Virus record (IMG/VR): IMGVR_UViG_3300005096_000055 | Coordinates: 1 to 58,902 of that record | Source: a virus | Lineage: Duplodnaviria > Caudoviricetes | Strand: one strand, 5' to 3' | DNA length: 58,902 bases | Shown here: positions 14,951 to 25,237 of the stretch, piece after piece | How the letters are laid out: each line of letters opens with the position of its first letter | How positions within the stretch are numbered: the first letter of the stretch is position 1 | The notes under the pieces: model-generated | What the model was told of the DNA's origin: nothing | Database searches by the model: none | The model's input: only the letters and a program-made list of their open reading frames with translations | Program-made: the position numbers and the translations under genes

Positions 14951-17766
14951 GCTCGCACCTCACTGCCTTCTAGCTTCACTGCTGGCATCACTTCTCGGGT
15001 CTCAATCCACACAGCCCGGATGAAGCCATGGGGGTTGAGCCTGAGTGCCCATGATTTGGCAGCCTTCTCGGCTGTAGTGATGTCCTTTTTCCCGTACCTC
15101 GTGACCTTGCCCTTGTAGTTCTCGATGCACAGGGTTACTTCCAGCTTCATCTTGCTCATGGCCGGCCTTTCCATACGCACACATAGCAGTACTCAGTGTG
15201 CGGGACATTTCCCCGTCGCTTGATGCCCCTGGTGCACTTGAATCGATACAGCGGCTCACTACCCAGCACTGCTACGAGCATGTGGTCTATGTCTCCACTA
15301 AGCCGCTTCTGGATCTCCCTCTGTATCGATCCAACGCTCACCTGCCGCCTTCGTGCATTGCTCACCACACTTGCCAGGCTCGGCTCGAGCCAGCTCGAGA
15401 TCATCATGACGTACTTCTCTGCTGCTTCCCTGTTGATCATTCCCCCATTGCCTTTCTGTAGGGCCTCGAGAACACTGCACCGCCGTACTGGTCGAGGAAC
15501 GTGACCTCGGCTGACTTGGCTGCAAGCTCAGCAGCCTCAGCTACCTTGAGCGGCACCCTCTTGATTCCTGTGTGCTCCGGGTACTCGAGGTACCACTTGC
15601 CGGCCCTGTCATACCTGACGACCTCGGCCTCAGCGATCAGCGTCACTGCATGGACGACTCTCTCGAGGCTTGGATCGCTCATTTGACTATCCATCCGAAC
15701 TCTCCTTGTCTACTCTTGCCTTCAAGCTCCCTATGGCGCCGGCAAGCGCAAAGAGGCGCCCTGTTCTCACATCCACCCCTCGAGGCGCACCCCCAATGGG
15801 GAACTCCGTAGTAGCCATTGCACACAGGGCAGAAGTGCATGGTGGATACATGAGATGGAAAGCTTGTGTTCTGGTAGACATGGACAGGTTCGTTCCTACT
15901 CATTTGACACTCCATTCTGGCAACATCTGAACCACCCTCATTGAGCTGCAATTGTGGTCGATATGGCGCTCACCGTCATCACACTCAACGTAAATGGCCC
16001 TGTCATTGAATGCAAGGTTGAGGATGTAGTCGAGTGCTGCTTCGTTGAGGGGTTGGTTGTTCTCGATGTGGTCATACATCACATCGAGAAGCCCGTCGCG
16101 CATATCGTCGTAGTTGATGGTCACTTTGATGCCTCAAGCTCTTCGATGGTGGCTACGAGCTCAATGCAGCGCCTCTCGGCATCATCACACCAGCGCTTCC
16201 AATCATCACGCTCCATTGCAAGACGCTTGATCTTATTCGGCCACCACGCCAAGCGGATACGCTGCTTCAGGAAGAACCAGTTGTCGCGTAGGCGCACTGA
16301 TAGGCGGTTGCGCTTTGGTGGTGGTCCCGGGTTACAGGTTGCTGTTTCGTCTTGGTCACTCATCTTCGCTCTCCAATCTGAGACGTTTCACTTTGCGTTT
16401 GCTCAACCGATCCCAATGCTGCCACTCAGCAGATGAACATCTCCACCACCGTCCACAAGAACACTGACGGACCTCTCCAAGCCAGCCGCGATTTCTCCAA
16501 TCGCCCATGAACTCCCCAAGCGTGCCAGCCTCCCTGCATTCCGAGGCGCGGTGTGGGGTGATGATCCTGTCACTCACGATGGTTCCTTTGGTTTGCCATC
16601 ACACCAACAAGGATCTCCTGTAGCTGTTGTAACGATCCACGGAATCCCTTTCCACGAATTCGTTCCGCCGATGATGTGTCCAGAGACATTCCCGTGAACA
16701 CATTGCTCGACTGGAGCGAACAACCCTTCGACTTGCTGCTCAAAGCGTTCACGGTCCCGTTCTGGTCCAACATATTCGTACAGGGTCATACTGCCTCCTC
16801 GTCAAATGGCATGAGTGCCATCTTCACGAATGAACATGGGCCGATTTGGATGAACGCTGTGCAGCGGTCACTGTTGCCGTAGACCAAGTTGCCTCCATGC
16901 GACTTGCACACTGTCATGAACCCGTATGGATCAACTTCGACAGCAACAAGGTCGGCCTCACAACAGCCGTTGGCTGATGGAATGATGAGGCATGATTTCG
17001 ATTCAGTTTTACTGAGCAGTTCGAGTTGGTACAGGGTCATGTTCGCCTCCCACACTTCCGGTGCCGCCACCGTCCAACTGTCAACCGGTGCCAACGCTGC
17101 CACCGCGTTTCATCCTCCCGGGCGATCATGTGGAAACAGCCGCCTGTACGTTTGATGCTCGTGAACCGTTCGGTGCTCACGAGTCACCCCCGTCATCGCC
17201 GTTCACCAGTGCTTCCAGCAATTCGCGTCTCGTCGTCCGATTCAGCACCTCGACGCCATCGAGCATCAATAACCAGATATTCACAGAATCCCACCGATCC
17301 CGCACGACGATGTAGTCGGTGCCGACGACCTCATACACCCCTTCTCCCGCGTTCCTCAATTTCGGGATTCGCGCCTGGGTCACGAGTCACCGCCATTCAA
17401 TGCGACTAACATGCCTTCATAGTTTTGTCCATGGCGACTATATGCGAGTAGGCTTCCACGCACGCCACGATCCCTGCCGCTTCCACAGGTGTTTCCCTTG
17501 ACTGCACATGATCTCCCTCCACTTCCCCTTGAACCACTCAACGACCCATGCAACCATCGTCATTTGGAGTACACCTCGAGCTCGTCGAACTGACTCTCGT
17601 TCCACACGATCATCGCCCTCACCGGCCGGCAAGCTGATGGACGGTGGTACGACTTGTTCAGGAGCTCCACGTACTCACAGTTCGAGTCATCCTCGATCGA
17701 TACCATGATGGAGCGGTGGACCTTGCAGTAGTTCAGGCTTGTGTTCGTGAGTCCCTGGAGCCTCAT
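14947..17766 (-). CDS. Chain of small coupled hypothetical ORFs (14947-15180, 15156-15440, 15437-15694, 15679-15951, 15900-16124, 16121-16363, 16356-16577, 16574-16789, 16786-17040, 17037-17180, 17177-17383, 17560-17766)
   Basis: Same strand, ATGA/GTGA overlaps, several Cys-rich; individual starts uncertain. Confidence 0.55.
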
Positions 17767-18146
17767 GTGCTCACCCTGGCAGCTGCATCAAGCTCGACAA
17801 GCCTCAACCACGAACTCGTGATTGGCTCTGAGCCAGCCGTAGCTCCCCACTCAGCTAGCCACACACCAACGTTCTGATGCATCGTGTACTGCCCACCCTT
17901 ATAGCCCTCCATGACCGTATCGAGCGCACCCTCGAGGACCTTGACCATGGCACCAATAGATGCGGTGGCCGGCTGCACTGCCAACTCCTCGTAGTAACCG
18001 CGGTACGTGTACGCATCGTTGAACCCGTACTTGGTAACAGCATCCTGAGGGAGTCCCTTGAGTGCTTCGATCAGCTTCCCAAGACACATTGCCTCATACA
18101 TGCTCGTATCCCACTGGTTCGCTTCGTTACTCATGATTCGCTCCAT
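17763..18146 (-). CDS. Hypothetical phage protein
   Basis: LGKLIEAL..GF..TYRGYYEELA..GYKGGQY. Confidence 0.7.
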   Translation of the reverse strand: MERIMSNEANQWDTSMYEAMCLGKLIEALKGLPQDAVTKYGFNDAYTYRGYYEELAVQPATASIGAMVKVLEGALDTVMEGYKGGQYTMHQNVGVWLAEWGATAGSEPITSSWLRLVELDAAARVST

Positions 18147-18474
18147 TCGTATTCGTCAGGTACTCGACCAACTCGCTGTTGTCCTGCAACAGCGCAATCA
18201 GCCTTGGTGTCAAGCAACCAACAAGGTCTTCTTCGGTCAGCTCGAGATCACGGATCCCGGCATCCTGCCAGATGCAGTGCATGGCCTCATGGAGCAACGT
18301 GTCGCGGATCACCGGTTCAGCGACTTCATCATCGATGGTGATGGTGAGTGTCGAGTGGTTGGTGTGGCCGAACAGCGACCTTGCTGCTTTGGCGGACTCA
18401 ACCATCGATTCTTTTCGGCTGTAGACAACGGCATATGCCGTTGCCCCAACCGAGATCTCACTAGGCCTCTGCAT
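18127..18474 (-). CDS. Zincin-like metallopeptidase-domain protein
   Basis: DTLLHEAMHCI (HEXXH) with downstream EE. Confidence 0.7.
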   Translation of the reverse strand: MQRPSEISVGATAYAVVYSRKESMVESAKAARSLFGHTNHSTLTITIDDEVAEPVIRDTLLHEAMHCIWQDAGIRDLELTEEDLVGCLTPRLIALLQDNSELVEYLTNTNGANHE

Positions 18475-18615
18475 GGAATCTTCCCTTCTTCACAAGCGCC
18501 CAGGCGCCTTTCTTATGGCCGACCGGATTCCATGCAGCACCACACTCACCACAGATCCAATCGAAGTCCTTGAGGCCCAACCTCCAGCCTCTCACAAGGA
18601 AATGGCGATGGTCGC

Positions 18616-20136
18616 TCATGGCCATTGCCCTGTCGCTGTGAAGCTGAGGTCCCGGATCCTTGGGTCGAAGATCGTGACAACGCAGCCATCGGTTGGTGGA
18701 AGCAGCTCCATCCTCACGATTCTCAGCATCCTGAGTGCCTCCTCATTGTCGGGGCGTTTGCCAAAAGTGGCCTCGAGGCGCTTGAGCGCTTCATCAAGGC
18801 CATTGCGGAACCACTCAAAGGCTTCAACGGACGGTATGTTCTTGAGATCGATGTCGCTCATGGCCTTGGGCCTACCCACTGCGTTGGATCATTCCTGTTG
18901 CTGATGGCACGCCGAGTGTCTCCACGGACTGCATCGCGCATCTTGCCAAGGTCCCATGCCAGCCGGCGAATGAATGTAGCAAGGTCGCGAGAAGTGGCCA
19001 CGGACTCGAGGTCTGTTCCGTCCGCTTCACACATATCGGCATCGTGCTCAAGCAGCATGGCAACGTGATCGAGCTTGAAGATCCTTCCTCTTCCAGGAAC
19101 GAGGTTCTTGACTCGGTTGGTCTGTTGCTCGAGCCGGTTGACCTTCCGTGTCAGGTACCTCACTCGCCGCCTAAGTTCATCGATCTCCTCGTCACAGTTG
19201 ATCACTTCCACTTTGGTCGCTTCATCCATGTCCTTGCTCACTTTCTCGTATCCCATACTGCGTACACGCTGACCAAACAGCCGCGCTCCTTGTCTTGATA
19301 CACACCGGTCACGAGCGAGTCGCACTCACTCTCACCGATGATCGCCTGTATGCCATCCTGTATATGCGCATCGAACCGGCTCAGTGACTTCGTGATGTTC
19401 TCGAACCAGTACCTGCTCTTGCCGAACTCATCCCATGGCATCTCGATGACACGATCGACCTTCCTGCCGGTCCTGAGCTCATTGATGCCGATATCGGTGA
19501 TGATCATCGCTCGCGTCTTCTTGATCACCATCACTTCACCACAGCAATCGTCAATGCCACAATCCCAACCACTGACACCGCATAGATCACAGCCACGATC
19601 AGCTTGTGCTTCATTGGTTCACTCAGCATGGAAATGGCTCGGCTGTGGGTTGGTTGGCTTCTCGGTTGGGTTGTCCCATGCCCACCCACAGACGATGCAG
19701 CGGTAGCGAGCTGGGATCCATTGATCGTCGGTGATCCATGTGGCTTGTGAGTCGCGCACAGCGTCATGGCCACCCTTGCAGGGATCATCGAGTGCTTTGG
19801 GCAGCTTGATTGGCTTGGTATTCGTCATAGCTCTGGATCCGCTGCTACGTCCTCGAGCTCAGCCGGAAGTGCACCATCTTCCCAGGTTGTTCCCCATACG
19901 GTCGTCCATCTTGTGACTGTTCGCGACTGGACTGTCATAGGTAAGCAGTTTCTCCGTGTATATGCGTTGCGTGCCTTGTCCCATTGCGCTGCTGCTCTTG
20001 TTGCAACATCGAAGTTCACCTTCGGGTAGATGTGCCTTGGGCCAGAGTGGTTGCCGGCACAGATGATGCGATACTCGTCTTCTTTGCCAACAGTTGTGTT
20101 GGCACTGGAGACGATAACCCTTTCGCTTTCAGCCAT
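18616..20136 (-). CDS. Small hypothetical ORFs (18616-18879, 18858-~19256, 19238-19534, 19619-19828, 19825-20136)
   Basis: Coupled chain directly downstream of rtcB. Confidence 0.55.
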
Positions 20137-20137
20137 T

Positions 20138-21778
20138 TCATGCCCCCTTGAAGTTGAGCACCTGATGGAGCTCAGTCACGATCTCAACCAAGTCAGCCTG
20201 ATCTGCCATCACGTCCTCGATGTCCTTGTACGAATCGGGGTGCTCATCCAGAAGCTTCTTCCCCATAGAGCTGTTCCACACCTTCCCATCCATTCTCGCA
20301 GTGAGATCCTCAACGCTCAGTTCCTTTCTCGCTCTCGTCCTTGACATCCGTCTCCCAGCACCATGGGCGCTCGAGTCGAACGATGCCTTGTTGCCGAGCC
20401 CCTTGACGATGTAGGAGTTGGTTCCCATCGATCCTGGGATGACTCCGAAGTCACCAACACGGGCACGGATCGCACCCTTGCGGGTCACCCATATGTCGCT
20501 GCGATCATGGCTGCCATCACATACTTGTATGGTATCATTCTGTGGTGACACCAAAGAAGAAACACCCAAGAAGGACAATTCCTGCAATATGCCCGATCTG
20601 TCAATCAGACTTTCGAGCGCGCCAGGTTGGCGGTAAACAGACCGTAAAAACGTGCTCGTCAAGCTGTGGGCGGAAGTTGGCGTGGCGGAGTGGTTTCTAT
20701 GGCAACTACAAGGGCGGTCGGCTTCTCGTAAATGGCTACGTTCTGATTCTTCAACCAGATCATCCAAGGGTGAACAACTCAGGATATGTGCGAGAGCACT
20801 TGCTAGTAATGGAAGGGATTCTTGGTCGCCCCGTTTTGAAGTCAGAACAAGTCCACCACAAGAATGGAAACCGATCTGACAACTCTCCAGAAAACCTCGA
20901 ACTCTGGTCAAAATCTCATCCTTCTGGGGTGAGGCACTCGGACTGGCATTGTCCAGGGTGTCGCTGTCAAGACAAGTAAGGCAATGTGACTCTTTCGCGG
21001 TGTAATTGTGGTGACAATTGATGCGGCGCTTCTCATATGACTGGTTGGGCCAACCAACAACGTAGGCAAGATCCTTCAGCACAGCATCCATCATCGTTTC
21101 ACGATTCGCCAGTGCATAGTCCTGTGCCCAATGCAGGTCCGTCATGTACTCTGCGAATTCACGCGTGCCCTCCACGAAGTAAGCAAGGTCAGGGTCATCG
21201 AGCGTGATGAAGTACCTTTCCATCAGCCCCTTCGCTGTCTTGATGTGGCGCATCGCCAACTTGTTCCCAACACCACGAGAACCTGAGTGCAGCACCACCC
21301 ACACCGTTCCTACTTGGTCGAGGCACACTTCAACGAAGTGATTGCCACTCCCGAGTGTCCCCATCTGTGCCGCGGCACGATCAGCCAGTCCGAGCTTCTG
21401 CACATTCTCGTTGTCAGCAATCAACTCATCTGCATACCCACGATTGCTGTTGTGGCCCCTCCCAACACCAGCCGGGATCGATCTCGAGATCGAGTGGTGG
21501 AGTGGCGTCAAGTCATCTGGCAGGTCCGATGCGTTGAGTGACGTTTCGACGGCGATCATGCCACAGCCAATATCCACACCAACAGCAGCCGGGATGATGG
21601 CGCCAACAGTCGGAATCACTGACCCGATCGTTGCACCCATCCCGATATGGGCATCGGGCATCAGTGCCACATGGTTGACGATGAACGGCAACTGAGCTGC
21701 TCTTGCAGCCTGGTCCAGCGTCCCATCTTCAACGTCGCTACCCCAAGACAGCAGCTTGGTTCTCATCATCCGTGGCAT
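20138..21778 (-). CDS. rtcB: RtcB RNA ligase interrupted by a ~159-codon in-frame insertion
   Basis: MPDAHIG, VGVDIGCG, GTLGSGNHF, HSGSRG, HHNY, RKGA, IPGSMG, SAHGAGR, DEHPDSYK, terminal KG. Confidence 0.95.
   Translation of the reverse strand: MPRMMRTKLLSWGSDVEDGTLDQAARAAQLPFIVNHVALMPDAHIGMGATIGSVIPTVGAIIPAAVGVDIGCGMIAVETSLNASDLPDDLTPLHHSISRSIPAGVGRGHNSNRGYADELIADNENVQKLGLADRAAAQMGTLGSGNHFVEVCLDQVGTVWVVLHSGSRGVGNKLAMRHIKTAKGLMERYFITLDDPDLAYFVEGTREFAEYMTDLHWAQDYALANRETMMDAVLKDLAYVVGWPNQSYEKRRINCHHNYTAKESHCLTCLDSDTLDNASPSASPQKDEILTRVRGFLESCQIGFHSCGGLVLTSKRGDQESLPLLASALAHILSCSPLDDLVEESERSHLREADRPCSCHRNHSATPTSAHSLTSTFLRSVYRQPGALESLIDRSGILQELSFLGVSSLVSPQNDTIQVCDGSHDRSDIWVTRKGAIRARVGDFGVIPGSMGTNSYIVKGLGNKASFDSSAHGAGRRMSRTRARKELSVEDLTARMDGKVWNSSMGKKLLDEHPDSYKDIEDVMADQADLVEIVTELHQVLNFKGA
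20530..20538 (+). promoter_or_regulatory. Extended -10 promoter for leaderless HNH transcript
   Basis: TGgTATCAT with GTG 6 nt downstream at 20545. Confidence 0.55.
20542..20979 (+). CDS. HNH homing endonuclease with N-terminal Zn finger, antisense within rtcB
   Basis: CPICQ..TCSSSC; NYKGG..GYV..HP..GYVREHLLVMEGILGR..EQVHHKNGNRSDNSPENLEL. Confidence 0.93.
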   Translation: MVTPKKKHPRRTIPAICPICQSDFRARQVGGKQTVKTCSSSCGRKLAWRSGFYGNYKGGRLLVNGYVLILQPDHPRVNNSGYVREHLLVMEGILGRPVLKSEQVHHKNGNRSDNSPENLELWSKSHPSGVRHSDWHCPGCRCQDK

Positions 21779-22011
21779 TACTTACCCATCCTTCTTGTCG
21801 CTCTGTCGATCATCTCCTTGTAGTACTTGGTGCGCACATCGAAGGCCTCGCCCGCCTGAGCGAGCATGAAGTACAGGATGATGAGCAGCAGCATGACCTT
21901 CTGGTACGCCTCAACATTGCTCTTGACGACTGGCCCTACGAGCGTCAGCACCACGAGGCTCGAGAGTGCGAGCCACACAAAGCTCAGTCGCATCGATCTT
22001 CGGCTTGTCAT
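21778..22011 (-). CDS. Small membrane protein
   Basis: Two hydrophobic segments; TAATG coupling to rtcB. Confidence 0.7.
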   Translation of the reverse strand: MTSRRSMRLSFVWLALSSLVVLTLVGPVVKSNVEAYQKVMLLLIILYFMLAQAGEAFDVRTKYYKEMIDRATRRMGK

Positions 22012-22087
22012 TGAACTGCCCCTTCACTTGTCGGTTACTTGTCGGTCAAATCCGTACACGTATCTGTACCCTGCCACAAACACCGAC

Positions 22088-22117
22088 TAGACACAACCCC
22101 CTATTTCCCCCTACACT
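22088..22117 (+). promoter_or_regulatory. Leaderless promoter for terS
   Basis: TAGACA-18 nt-TACACT with ATG 7 nt downstream. Confidence 0.55.
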
Positions 22118-22124
22118 GTCAACC

Positions 22125-22871
22125 ATGGCTGAATGGAAAACCAAGGACATCGTTGAACACGACCGAGAGATAACGCGCACGATGACCGTGCTCGAGTACC
22201 TAGACCAAACTGATGATGTCCCATGGGAGAAGATCCCTCACGAATCGATGAAGGCGTACCGAGCGTTCTGCACCTACCGTGATGCAGGCCGGCGCCGCTC
22301 GGTCACCTATCTCCGCGGCCGAGGCGTAGCAGTTGCCAACATGTGGGTCCAGGAGTACAAGTGGACCTTACGCGCTCGCCTCTTCGATGAATACACTCTT
22401 GCTTCTGAGCAGATCGAGCAGCACAAGCTCAACCAGGAGATGAAGCTCAAGCACGCCGAGCAAGCAGCCTCAGCACTCGATGGTCTCATGGCTCCGTTCA
22501 TTGAATTCCAGCGCCGATCGGAACGGGACCCAGCTCAACTTGCCGACGATATGGCTGCCCTCGATGGCAAGAAGCTTCTCTCAACAATGCAGGCATCTGC
22601 TAGAGTCTTACAACCCATCATGTCTGCAGAGCGCCTCGCTCGAGACATGCCAACCGAAATGGTAGAAACGCATGTCCAAGGCCAGATCACCGTTCAAGAT
22701 TCACCGGAGGCCTTAGCTAGTGTCCTCGGAGTCCTTGCTGAAACAGGTATCCTCGCTTCCCTCGTCGGAACGGGCCCGATTATTGACATTGTTGACCCCA
22801 CGGACGAACAAGTGGGTCAAGATGAGCCCACACCCGAAGCAAGCCGCCTTCCTGCTAGCACCTCAGCGTGA
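22125..22871 (+). CDS. terS: Terminase small subunit
   Basis: PWEKIPHESMKAYRAFCTYRD..RS..W...W..RA..FD; directly upstream of TerL. Confidence 0.75.
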   Translation: MAEWKTKDIVEHDREITRTMTVLEYLDQTDDVPWEKIPHESMKAYRAFCTYRDAGRRRSVTYLRGRGVAVANMWVQEYKWTLRARLFDEYTLASEQIEQHKLNQEMKLKHAEQAASALDGLMAPFIEFQRRSERDPAQLADDMAALDGKKLLSTMQASARVLQPIMSAERLARDMPTEMVETHVQGQITVQDSPEALASVLGVLAETGILASLVGTGPIIDIVDPTDEQVGQDEPTPEASRLPASTSA

Positions 22872-25236
22872 AGTCCTCTTTGGTGGAGCTGCAGGTGGGG
22901 GCAAGATGCTGGAAGTATCTACCAGTGTCCCTACCCCAAGCGGGTTCAGGGAACTAGGGTCGATTCATCCTGGTGATCTTGTCTATGGGGTGGACGGAAA
23001 AGCGCATCTCGTTGAGTGGGAATCGCAGGTTCAGTTCGTAGGTGGTTACACAATCACGTTCGACGATGGTTCGACAGTCACGGCAAACGATGACCATTTG
23101 TGGCTTACCTATGATGTGAAGGAGCTTGTGGCACTCACGAAGCGCACGCCAGAGTACAGGGCGAGGCGACGTGCATCGAGGAAGTCTCGAGCGAAGGCGA
23201 ACCCGCAGAAGGGGCTTGCCCATCAACGTCGACGCATAGAGCTCAACAAGACCGACAACCCGTCGAAACCGCAACCACCACCAACTGGCACGGCTCGCAC
23301 AACACGAGAGATCGTTGACACACTCACAGTACGTAACGGCCGCGCCAATCATGCCATACCTGTAGCCCAATCACTGCAACTACCAGAGAAGAGCCTCCTC
23401 ATCGATCCATACGTACTCGGTGCATGGCTAGGCGATGGGTTCACGGCTAATGGTCGCATCTGCGGCATGGATGATGCAGTCTTCGAGAATGTCAACGTCA
23501 CGTACGACCCTGGATCAACAATCTATGACCCCGATAAGGGTGGCGGTGGGTACCGGGTTGCCAACTACCCACAACTCAAGTCCGACCTCGATTCCCTTGG
23601 CCTCATCGGCAACAAGCATGTCCCACATGACTACCTATGGTCATCCGAATCTCAACGCCTTGCACTTCTCCAGGGGCTCCTCGATACCGATGGCAACGTC
23701 AGCAAGGCGTCAGTCGAGTTCACGAATACCAACCAGGATCTCACTGAAGGCGTAGCTCACCTGGCGCGCTCACTTGGGATGAAGGTGACTGTGCGGACAA
23801 GAGATGCAAAGTGCAATGGCAAGAACTATGGAACTGTCTGGACGGTGAAGTTCGCTGCCAACCGTATCGTGTTCAGGATCCCACGCAAGGCCGAAGCCCA
23901 ATCGATCTCGACACGCAGAACCTCGAACTTCCGCTACATCAAGTCCGTCGAGCGCATTAAACCGACTGAGATGAAGTGCCTCAAGGTCTCTTCGCCCGAC
24001 TCACTCTTCCTCGTCACCGAGAACTTCATCCCGACCCACAACTCCGAAGCTGCCCTTGCCGCCTTTGCTCAATACGCCGATGTCCCTTTCTACAAGGGCA
24101 TCATCTTCCGCCGCACCTTCACTGACCTCAAGCTTCCTGGCGCCCTCATGGATCGATCTCACGAATGGTGGGACAACACCGAGGCCAAGTGGAAGGCTCA
24201 GGACCATGCTTGGCAGTTCCCGTCAGGCGCTGTCCTTCAGTTCGGCTTCCTCGAGCGCGAGGCCGACAAGCTCAAGTACCAGGGCGCCAACTTCCACTAC
24301 ATCATGTTCGATGAGCTCACTCAGTTCACCGAGTCCCAATACACCTACCTCTTCTCTCGCCTCCGCAAGCTCACCAAGGAAGAACTCGAGAAGTTCGGGA
24401 TCAGCTTCGATATCCCACTCCGCATGCGATCAGCATCGAACCCTGGTGGGCCCGGTCACGAATGGGTCAAGAAGCGCTTCATCGGCACTCCCGAGGAACC
24501 AGTCAATCACCCCAACCGCATCTTCATCTCGTCGCGCCTTGAGGACAACCCCTCGCTCGACCAGGCCGAATACGAACTCTCACTCTCCGAACTCGATCCC
24601 ATCACTCGCGCCCAACTCCGGCTTGGTGACTGGACGGCCGACGCTCGAGGTGGCATGTTCAAGAAGGTTTGGTTCAACCTCAAAGAGGACAGACCTCGCC
24701 ACTTCACCTACATCTGTCGGTTCTGGGATCTCGCTGCAACCGAGGCAAAGATCGGTGAGGATCCTGACTACACGGTCGGCTTGCTCTACGGCCTCGACGA
24801 GGACGGTGAGACATGGATCCTCGACATCCAGCGCCTCCGTGAGTCCTCAGCTACCGTTGAACGCACCATCAAGGCAACGGCACTCGCTGACGGCCCTGAT
24901 GTCGAGATCTGGATGGAACAGGAACCGGGAGCATCGGGCAAGGCACTCATCTCTCACTACCGACGCAACATCTTGGCTGGCTACACCTTCCGGCGCTATC
25001 TCCCATCAGGCAAGAAGGATGTGCGCGCTCGTCCAGTCTCTGGCGCTGCAGAGGAAGGAACGGTGAATGTGATCTATGGTGGATGGAACCTTGCTTTCTT
25101 CGATGAGGTATCTAACTATCCCGATTCACTCCACGATGACCAGATCGATGCACTGTCTGGTGCCCATGATGTGACGCAAAAGGTGCAGAGGTTGACTGAT
25201 ACGAAGAAGCAAGCGAAACAGACATCGGGGTATTGA
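22720..25236 (+). CDS. terL: Terminase large subunit with intein
   Basis: Walker A GGAAGGGK/S, Walker B IMFDELTQF, ASNPGG, FWDLA, EQEPG, HDDQIDA. Confidence 0.95.
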   Translation: MSSESLLKQVSSLPSSERARLLTLLTPRTNKWVKMSPHPKQAAFLLAPQREVLFGGAAGGGKMLEVSTSVPTPSGFRELGSIHPGDLVYGVDGKAHLVEWESQVQFVGGYTITFDDGSTVTANDDHLWLTYDVKELVALTKRTPEYRARRRASRKSRAKANPQKGLAHQRRRIELNKTDNPSKPQPPPTGTARTTREIVDTLTVRNGRANHAIPVAQSLQLPEKSLLIDPYVLGAWLGDGFTANGRICGMDDAVFENVNVTYDPGSTIYDPDKGGGGYRVANYPQLKSDLDSLGLIGNKHVPHDYLWSSESQRLALLQGLLDTDGNVSKASVEFTNTNQDLTEGVAHLARSLGMKVTVRTRDAKCNGKNYGTVWTVKFAANRIVFRIPRKAEAQSISTRRTSNFRYIKSVERIKPTEMKCLKVSSPDSLFLVTENFIPTHNSEAALAAFAQYADVPFYKGIIFRRTFTDLKLPGALMDRSHEWWDNTEAKWKAQDHAWQFPSGAVLQFGFLEREADKLKYQGANFHYIMFDELTQFTESQYTYLFSRLRKLTKEELEKFGISFDIPLRMRSASNPGGPGHEWVKKRFIGTPEEPVNHPNRIFISSRLEDNPSLDQAEYELSLSELDPITRAQLRLGDWTADARGGMFKKVWFNLKEDRPRHFTYICRFWDLAATEAKIGEDPDYTVGLLYGLDEDGETWILDIQRLRESSATVERTIKATALADGPDVEIWMEQEPGASGKALISHYRRNILAGYTFRRYLPSGKKDVRARPVSGAAEEGTVNVIYGGWNLAFFDEVSNYPDSLHDDQIDALSGAHDVTQKVQRLTDTKKQAKQTSGY
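22906..24042 (+). mobile_element. Class 3 intein (379 aa) with LAGLIDADG endonuclease, in TerL Walker A
   Basis: Starts with Met after GGGK, ends PTHN before Ser; HLW, MKCL, THN; LGAWLGDG and LQGLLDTDG. Confidence 0.92.
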
Positions 25237-25237
25237 C

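Larger units (their letters stand above)
20507..20983. mobile_element. In-frame insertion in rtcB carrying an antisense HNH gene
   Basis: Separates HHNYTAKESH from DRSDIWVTRKGA, which are contiguous in ordinary RtcB; 477 nt, no stop in rtcB frame. Confidence 0.85.

Noticed and set aside
20507-20983. Canonical intein in RtcB (starts with Cys, contains TSAH)
   Set aside because: No terminal Asn/Gln with +1 Cys/Ser/Thr, no block F; the peptide is the antisense reading of an HNH gene
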